Source: Tissierella sp.
GTDB lineage: Bacteria; Bacillota; Clostridia; Tissierellales; Tissierellaceae
Length of the DNA stretch: 32,000 nucleotides
Direction: 5' to 3'
NCBI RefSeq assembly: GCF_031460495.1
Contig: NZ_JAVKTS010000002.1
Location: 209,332-241,331, forward strand
The notes under the pieces were generated by a model. The model saw only the letters and a program-made list of their open reading frames with translations, was not told the origin of the DNA and made no database searches. Positions 27,188-32,000 of this stretch are shown here, one piece after another (the stretch's first letter is position 1; the number at the start of each line of letters is the position of its first letter). The translations under genes and the position numbers were made by a program.

Positions 27188-27661
27188 ATGGGTTTTAATT
27201 ATAGTAGAGAAAAGTTGATATTTGATAGAGAATGGGAAAAGTTACGTGGACAATACAAAAAAGCAGGAATGAATGATGAAGCAATACAGGAGCTATATGA
27301 TTTTGATTGGAGCTGGTTTCGTATGAGAAGAAACTATGAAAATCGCGTACAAGCATTGCCAGAAGAAGGGATAGATGAACAGAAGGCTGAAACACGCTCC
27401 AATCTGTTTCAAAGGTTTACATCACTATACACAAGTTTTGATGAAATAGAGCTTTCAGGACGGTATGCTTGGATAGATACTATTTCTGATGATGCACTTT
27501 CTAGAAAACTAAGAGATTTAAGTGAGGATGAATTAGAGCTTTTAACTTTGTTGGCTATAGAAGGCTATACACAGCGTGAAATTGCAAGGAAAGTGCACTG
27601 TTCACAAAATGCCATCTCCAAAAGATTAATCAAAATAAAAAGAATTTTAAAAGAAAAATAA
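27188..27661 (+). CDS. Sigma-70 region-4-type HTH protein (small sigma-like factor of conjugative transposons)
   Basis: 'LSEDELELLTLLAIEGYTQREIARKVHCSQNAISKRLIKIKRIL' is a typical region 4.2 HTH. GGAGG RBS. Confidence 0.7.
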   Translation: MGFNYSREKLIFDREWEKLRGQYKKAGMNDEAIQELYDFDWSWFRMRRNYENRVQALPEEGIDEQKAETRSNLFQRFTSLYTSFDEIELSGRYAWIDTISDDALSRKLRDLSEDELELLTLLAIEGYTQREIARKVHCSQNAISKRLIKIKRILKEK

Positions 27662-27688
27662 AATATTTACAAAAATGGTTGTCAAAAA

Positions 27689-27728
27689 GGTCTTCTCGTT
27701 GCCTACACATTGAGGGGATCTTTTTTAT
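27689..27728 (+). terminator. Intrinsic terminator after the sigma-like gene
   Basis: GGTCTTCTC ... GAGGGGATC forms a stem with 3 G.U pairs (plus strand only), followed by TTTTTTATT. Confidence 0.6.
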
Positions 27729-27904
27729 TCCCTGTCTTGAACTTTGAAAACTAAATATCCGATTACATAAATACGTTAGCTGATGAGCCAGAAATGGAAA
27801 AGCGACAATGGAGGATGCGCCAAGACCACCTGTAAGAACAGATATTTTAATCTCTGTTTTTATTAAAGTCGGCAAAATAAGGTGCAAAGCGATACCCATC
27901 CGTC

Positions 27905-28235
27905 CCAAGAAACAATCTATGGTAGATTGTTCGCAATAACCCTCATCAGTCTATAATGATACTTCTGCCCAGCCACAGACATCGCAATGGGGGCAGCCAG
28001 CGGAGATCCCGGTGGAGGTGAGAGTCCTATGATGCAATAACTGTTAAAGCAGTTACAACCAGTTGCAGTTTATGTAATCGCCCTTTAAGTCTTGCTTGCA
28101 AGACTTTGTGTGTTGGGGATGGTAGTGTCTAAGTACAACACAAAATCTTAATATTAGAAGCAATGGGGATCGCTTGAAATAGACGAGAGTCTATTTATAA
28201 GTTTTTTATTTAAAATGGCGGTCCCTATTTTTGTG
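27905..28235 (+). ncRNA. Candidate structured non-coding RNA / leader upstream of the recombinase operon (family unknown)
   Basis: No credible ORF. Hairpins lie at 27911-27931 (9 bp), 28038-28055, 28087-28106 (8 bp, CUUG loop), 28109-28142 and 28177-28196 (8 bp, GAGA loop). The last is nested in 28165-28226 (9 bp with 2 G.U), which is followed by a U5 tract at 28228-32. Confidence 0.4.
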
Positions 28236-28300
28236 ATATTAAGCAGATGAAAAATACTTACATAAACAATAATAAAATTTACATGAATGGAGGAATGGTG

Positions 28301-28462
28301 ATGACAAAAGAGCAAACAGCGAAAGAAGTAGAATATAAAATGGCTTTAAAACTGTTAAAGATCTTACTTTGTAGGGGAATTATAACTGATGAAGAATATG
28401 CAGAAATTGATGAATTAAACCGTCAGACCTTTTCTCCACAACTTGCAAAAGTATATGTGTAA
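28301..28462 (+). CDS. Small SHOCT-like protein preceding the serine recombinases
   Basis: GGAGG at 28289-28293, 7 nt, ATG at 28301. 'LLCRGIITDEEYAEIDELN' resembles the SHOCT motif. Confidence 0.55.
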   Translation: MTKEQTAKEVEYKMALKLLKILLCRGIITDEEYAEIDELNRQTFSPQLAKVYV

Positions 28463-28543
28463 TAACACTAGCTATATTTGAATTCTTATGGTAATGTGTG
28501 TTGCTAACAGGAACTAAAGTTCTAAAGGAAAGGAGGAAAAACC

Positions 28544-30133
28544 ATGGCAAAGAAAGTAAGAAGAATAGAGCCTGTAAAGCAAAGGGTTATCCTAGAATTG
28601 CAACCTAAAAAACGAGTTTGTGCCTACTGCAGAGTAAGTACTGATTCAAGAGAACAACAGAATTCCTTTTCTGCACAAGTAGAATATTACAAGACTTTTA
28701 TCGGAAAAAGAGATGACTGGGAATACACAGGAATCTACGCTGATGAAGCCAAAAGTGGTACACAAGTAAAAAAACGTGATGAATTTCTACGGATGATAAA
28801 AGACTGTGAAGACGGCAAAATTGATATGATCATTACAAAATCCGTTACAAGGTTTGCTAGAAATACGGTAGACAGTATTGAGTCTATCAGAAAGCTAAAA
28901 GCACTTGGTATCGGGGTATATTTTGAGAAAGAACATATTAATACCCTATCAGAAAAAAGTGAGCAGATGATTACCATACTAAGCTCCCTTGCACAAGGAG
29001 AGGCAGAAAGCATCTCCACTAATAACAAATGGGCAGTTAAAAAGAGATTTCAAGATGGAACATTTAAGCTTAGCGATCCTGCTTATGGATATACCAAGGA
29101 TGAAGATGGAAATCTCATAATAAAAGAAGATGAAGCAAAGATTGTTCGTAGGATTTTTCATGAATATCTAAATGGAAAAGGCTCATATGTAATAGCAAGG
29201 CATTTAAAAGACGATAATATCCCAACCATACGCTCAGCAGAAGAATGGCAGGACAGTGTAGTAAAAGCAATCTTACAAAATCCCATCTATGAGGGAGACT
29301 TATTATTACAAAAGACATATACAACTGAGGTGCTTCCCTTTGAAAGAAAAACAAATAAAGGGGAATTGCCTCAGTATTTTATTGAAAACAATCACGAACC
29401 CATTATTACAAGAGAAGAAGGGCAGATGGTCCGAGAGATATATGAATATCGAAGAAATCAAATGAGAGTAGATGATAGTGGAAAATACCAAAACAGATAT
29501 GAATTTAGTAGCAAAATCATCTGCAAGGAATGTGGTAGCACCTTTAGGAGACAAAAGATTTATATAGGTAAACCATATGAAAAAATTCAGTGGTGCTGTG
29601 TCCAGCATATAAGAGATATAAGTAAATGCAGTATAAAAGCTGTAAGGGAGGATATTATAAAAGAAACCTTCCTAACCATGTGGAATAAGCTTCTAAGCAA
29701 TCATACAGATATCCTTTATCCCCTACTTGAATCTTTAAGAAATCTAAGAACAGATCATGAGCAGGAAGAAGAAATAGAAAAACTAAATAATAGAATAATG
29801 GAATTAACAGAGCAGAGTCATATCCTAAGTAGAGTTGTATCGAAAGGATATATTGACTCTGCTATTTTTATAGAAAGACAAAATGCTCTGACTGTAGAAC
29901 TTGAAGCCGTTAAGAAAATGAGGAATCAAAGCCTTGATGATAACGGTTATGAAAAAGAAATTTTAGGAACGGTAAGGTTACTTGAAATCATAAGGTATAA
30001 CCCAGAGATTATAGAAGAGTATGACGAAAACCTATTTCTCAATACGGTGGAAAATATCATTGTTGGAGAAAATCATGAGATTACATTTAAGCTAATTAAC
30101 AACCTAGAACTGACAGAGCATTATGGAAAGTGA
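28544..30133 (+). CDS. Large serine recombinase (resolvase + recombinase + zinc-ribbon + coiled-coil/DUF4368-like)
   Basis: 'RVCAYCRVSTDSREQQNSFSAQ' carries the catalytic Ser. 'ITKSVTRFARNTVDS', 'CKECGSTF...WCCVQH' zinc ribbon, coiled C-terminus. Confidence 0.9.
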   Translation: MAKKVRRIEPVKQRVILELQPKKRVCAYCRVSTDSREQQNSFSAQVEYYKTFIGKRDDWEYTGIYADEAKSGTQVKKRDEFLRMIKDCEDGKIDMIITKSVTRFARNTVDSIESIRKLKALGIGVYFEKEHINTLSEKSEQMITILSSLAQGEAESISTNNKWAVKKRFQDGTFKLSDPAYGYTKDEDGNLIIKEDEAKIVRRIFHEYLNGKGSYVIARHLKDDNIPTIRSAEEWQDSVVKAILQNPIYEGDLLLQKTYTTEVLPFERKTNKGELPQYFIENNHEPIITREEGQMVREIYEYRRNQMRVDDSGKYQNRYEFSSKIICKECGSTFRRQKIYIGKPYEKIQWCCVQHIRDISKCSIKAVREDIIKETFLTMWNKLLSNHTDILYPLLESLRNLRTDHEQEEEIEKLNNRIMELTEQSHILSRVVSKGYIDSAIFIERQNALTVELEAVKKMRNQSLDDNGYEKEILGTVRLLEIIRYNPEIIEEYDENLFLNTVENIIVGENHEITFKLINNLELTEHYGK

Positions 30134-30143
30134 GGTGAGGTAG

Positions 30144-31064
30144 ATGATGCAAAGACATATGCCACATGGCTATAAGATAGAAGATGGAAAAGTAATATTT
30201 GATGATGAAAAGGCAGCAGTAATAAAAAAGATATTTGAGGAGTACCATAAAGGATCATCCTTACATGCCATAGCGAAAGAACTTACAAGTGCAGGATTTT
30301 TAAATGCTAATAACAAATCTAATTGGAATCATGGCTCCGTAGGAAAAATACTTCAAAATATTAAGTACTTAGGAGATGACTTTTATCCTCAGATGATAGA
30401 TAAGGAAATCTTTGAATCTGTACAGAAAAGAAGAAAGAAAAAGGAAGAGGGACTAGGAAGAACCCTACAACCAAATAGTATGAAAAATCAAAGTTTATTT
30501 AGTAGTAAATTAATATGTGGAGAATGTGGTGATGTTTATCGCAAATATATTGAACATGCTGGCAGACCATCTGAGAAGAGCAACTGGAAGTGTAAGAGGT
30601 ACATCTATCAAAATAGAGTACACTGTAGAAATTTATTTTTAACTGAAAAGGATATAGTAAATGCCTTTTTATCAGCATCCAATAAAGTCTTATCAAGAAA
30701 GTGGATGCTAGACAAAGGTAAGAAAAAAGAACCTCCAAGGATTACCTTAGAAATTAGAAAGTTGGAAGAACGAATCAAAGAGCTAGAGTATGAAGAACAT
30801 TTCTCATCAAAGGAACTATCAGAGCTAATCTTTAAAAGGGCAAAGGCTTATTATAGCATAGCTAAAATTGATGATTATGATTATAACACTGAAAAAATAA
30901 AACAAGCACTGGCTGATAAAGAACAGCTAATAGAGTTTGAAGAAGATATATTTATAACCATAATAAAGCAGATAGTTATTTATAAAGATGGAAGAATCCT
31001 AGTAGAATTTATCAATGGCATAACTATGGAGGAAGATCATGAAAAAATAAGAGAGGATGAATGA
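30144..31064 (+). CDS. Recombinase-domain/zinc-ribbon protein lacking the N-terminal resolvase catalytic domain
   Basis: It starts directly in the recombinase domain ('PHGYKIEDGKVIFDDEKAAVIKKIFEEYHKGSSLHAIAKEL'). It has 'CGECGDVY...WKCKRY' and a coiled coil. There is no 'Y.RVS' or 'SR..R' segment. Confidence 0.75.
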   Translation: MMQRHMPHGYKIEDGKVIFDDEKAAVIKKIFEEYHKGSSLHAIAKELTSAGFLNANNKSNWNHGSVGKILQNIKYLGDDFYPQMIDKEIFESVQKRRKKKEEGLGRTLQPNSMKNQSLFSSKLICGECGDVYRKYIEHAGRPSEKSNWKCKRYIYQNRVHCRNLFLTEKDIVNAFLSASNKVLSRKWMLDKGKKKEPPRITLEIRKLEERIKELEYEEHFSSKELSELIFKRAKAYYSIAKIDDYDYNTEKIKQALADKEQLIEFEEDIFITIIKQIVIYKDGRILVEFINGITMEEDHEKIREDE

Positions 31065-31065
31065 A

Positions 31066-32000
31066 ATGGCAGTAGCAGTAGCAAAAAAAAATGTAGCATT
31101 TATTCCGGCACAAACCATATATGACAGGAATGTAAGGGTGGAGCTAAAGACCCTAAGAGTAGCAGCATACTGTAGAGTTAGTACCACATTAGAACAACAG
31201 GAAGGCAGTTATGAGGCTCAAATATCCTACTACACAGAGAAAATTAAAAGTAACCCAAATTGGAAGTGTGCTGGAATTTATGCAGATGATGGAAAGTCAG
31301 CCACTAATACAAAAAAGAGAGATGATTTTAATGCTATGATTGATGACTGTATGGCTGGGAAAATAGACATGGTCATAACAAAATCAGTCAGCAGATTTGC
31401 AAGAAATACAGTAGATTCCCTTCAGACCATAAGGAAACTCAAAGAAAAGAATATCGCCATATACTTTGAAAAAGAGGGTGTTAATACTCTAGAAAGCACA
31501 GGAGAATTACTGATTACAATCTTAAGTAGTCAAGCACAAGAAGAAAGCAGAAACCTAAGTGAAAATACAAAATGGGGAATCGTAAGAAGATATGAAAATG
31601 GAATCATCACGGTTAATCATAAGAAATTTATGGGATATACCAAAGATAAAAAAACTGGCGAACTGGTTATAGTACCTGAACAAGCAGATATTGTGAGACG
31701 AATTTTTAGATTGTATTTAGAAGGAAGTAGTATAGGAGAGATTATAAAAGCTTTAGAGGCAGATAAAATCAAAACAGTTACAGGCAAGGAAACATGGCAT
31801 CCTGGAGTAATAGAAAAAATGTTAGTAAACGAAAAATATATGGGAGATGCCCTAATGCAGAAAACCTACACCGTAGACTTCCTAACAAAGAAACGAGTTA
31901 AGAATAACGGAATTGTACCTCAGTATTATATAGAAGATAATCATGAGGCCATTATACCAAAGGAATTATTCTATAAAGTACAGGAAGAAAAGGCCAGAAG
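31066..32000 (+). CDS. Large serine recombinase, 3'-truncated by the window edge
   Basis: Own translation from ATG 31066: 'MAVAVAKKNVAFIPAQTIYDRNVRVELKTLRVAAYCRVSTTLEQQEGSYEAQ...ITKSVSRFARNTVDS...'. The frame is open to the end of the window. This ORF is absent from the supplied track because it has no stop. Confidence 0.9.
   Translation, partial: MAVAVAKKNVAFIPAQTIYDRNVRVELKTLRVAAYCRVSTTLEQQEGSYEAQISYYTEKIKSNPNWKCAGIYADDGKSATNTKKRDDFNAMIDDCMAGKIDMVITKSVSRFARNTVDSLQTIRKLKEKNIAIYFEKEGVNTLESTGELLITILSSQAQEESRNLSENTKWGIVRRYENGIITVNHKKFMGYTKDKKTGELVIVPEQADIVRRIFRLYLEGSSIGEIIKALEADKIKTVTGKETWHPGVIEKMLVNEKYMGDALMQKTYTVDFLTKKRVKNNGIVPQYYIEDNHEAIIPKELFYKVQEEKAR

Larger units (their letters stand above)
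1..32000. mobile_element. Segment of an integrative mobilisable/conjugative element (Firmicutes/Clostridia style) with defence cargo; neither end is in the window
   Basis: Co-linear relaxase, DUF3991/Toprim, T4 coupling protein, XRE/ImmA switch, sigma-like regulators and a cluster of large serine recombinase genes. AT-rich with AGGAGG-type RBSs throughout. Confidence 0.75.

Noticed and set aside
27737-27780. Promoter-like TTGAAC/TTGAAA hexamers upstream of the structured region.
   Set aside because: No acceptable -10 element lies at 16-18 nt spacing (best is 3-4 of 6 matches), so no promoter is called. The origin of any transcript over 27905-28235 remains open.
25482-31187. Short overlapping ORFs in the right arm: 25482-25676(+), 25605-25796(-), 26904-27101(-), 27195-27395(-), 27630-27908(-), 28735-29608(-, four ORFs), 30499-30738(-), 30999-31187(-).
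   Set aside because: They overlap well-supported genes or span intrinsic terminators. They have no RBS and no recognisable motifs.

Overview
AT-rich, almost entirely plus-strand window that reads as part of a Clostridia/Firmicutes-type integrative mobilisable or conjugative element. The left end (2-8683) is a transfer module: a 5'-truncated relaxase, a DUF3991/Toprim primase-like protein, a VirD4/TraG-type coupling protein and a small winged-HTH protein. Two cargo genes sit between relaxase and primase: a HEPN-like protein and a SEC-C/TPR protein with a C-terminal HEPN-like motif. A terminator and an AT-rich spacer follow. The centre (about 9014-25060) is a complete type 1 BREX operon, brxA-brxB-brxC-pglX-pglZ-brxL, with three non-canonical additions. 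These are a 70-aa HTH gene in front, a single-HKD PLD-family nuclease gene wedged between pglX and pglZ, and a terminal pair of overlapping ORFs. That pair appears to encode one split Swt1-like HEPN domain plus a Cys-rich zinc-ribbon tail. The right end holds a minus-strand XRE/ImmA module facing a consensus promoter with inverted-repeat operators. Beyond it lie two sigma/HTH-like regulators, a hairpin-dense non-coding stretch of about 330 nt, a small SHOCT-like ORF and three large-serine-recombinase-family genes. The middle recombinase gene lacks the catalytic domain and the last runs off the window. The best candidates for something undescribed are the extended BREX operon (PLD plus HEPN/zinc-ribbon) and the HEPN + SEC-C/TPR/HEPN pair. 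All domain calls come from motif reading by eye and need HMM or structure confirmation. No rRNA, tRNA or CRISPR array was seen.
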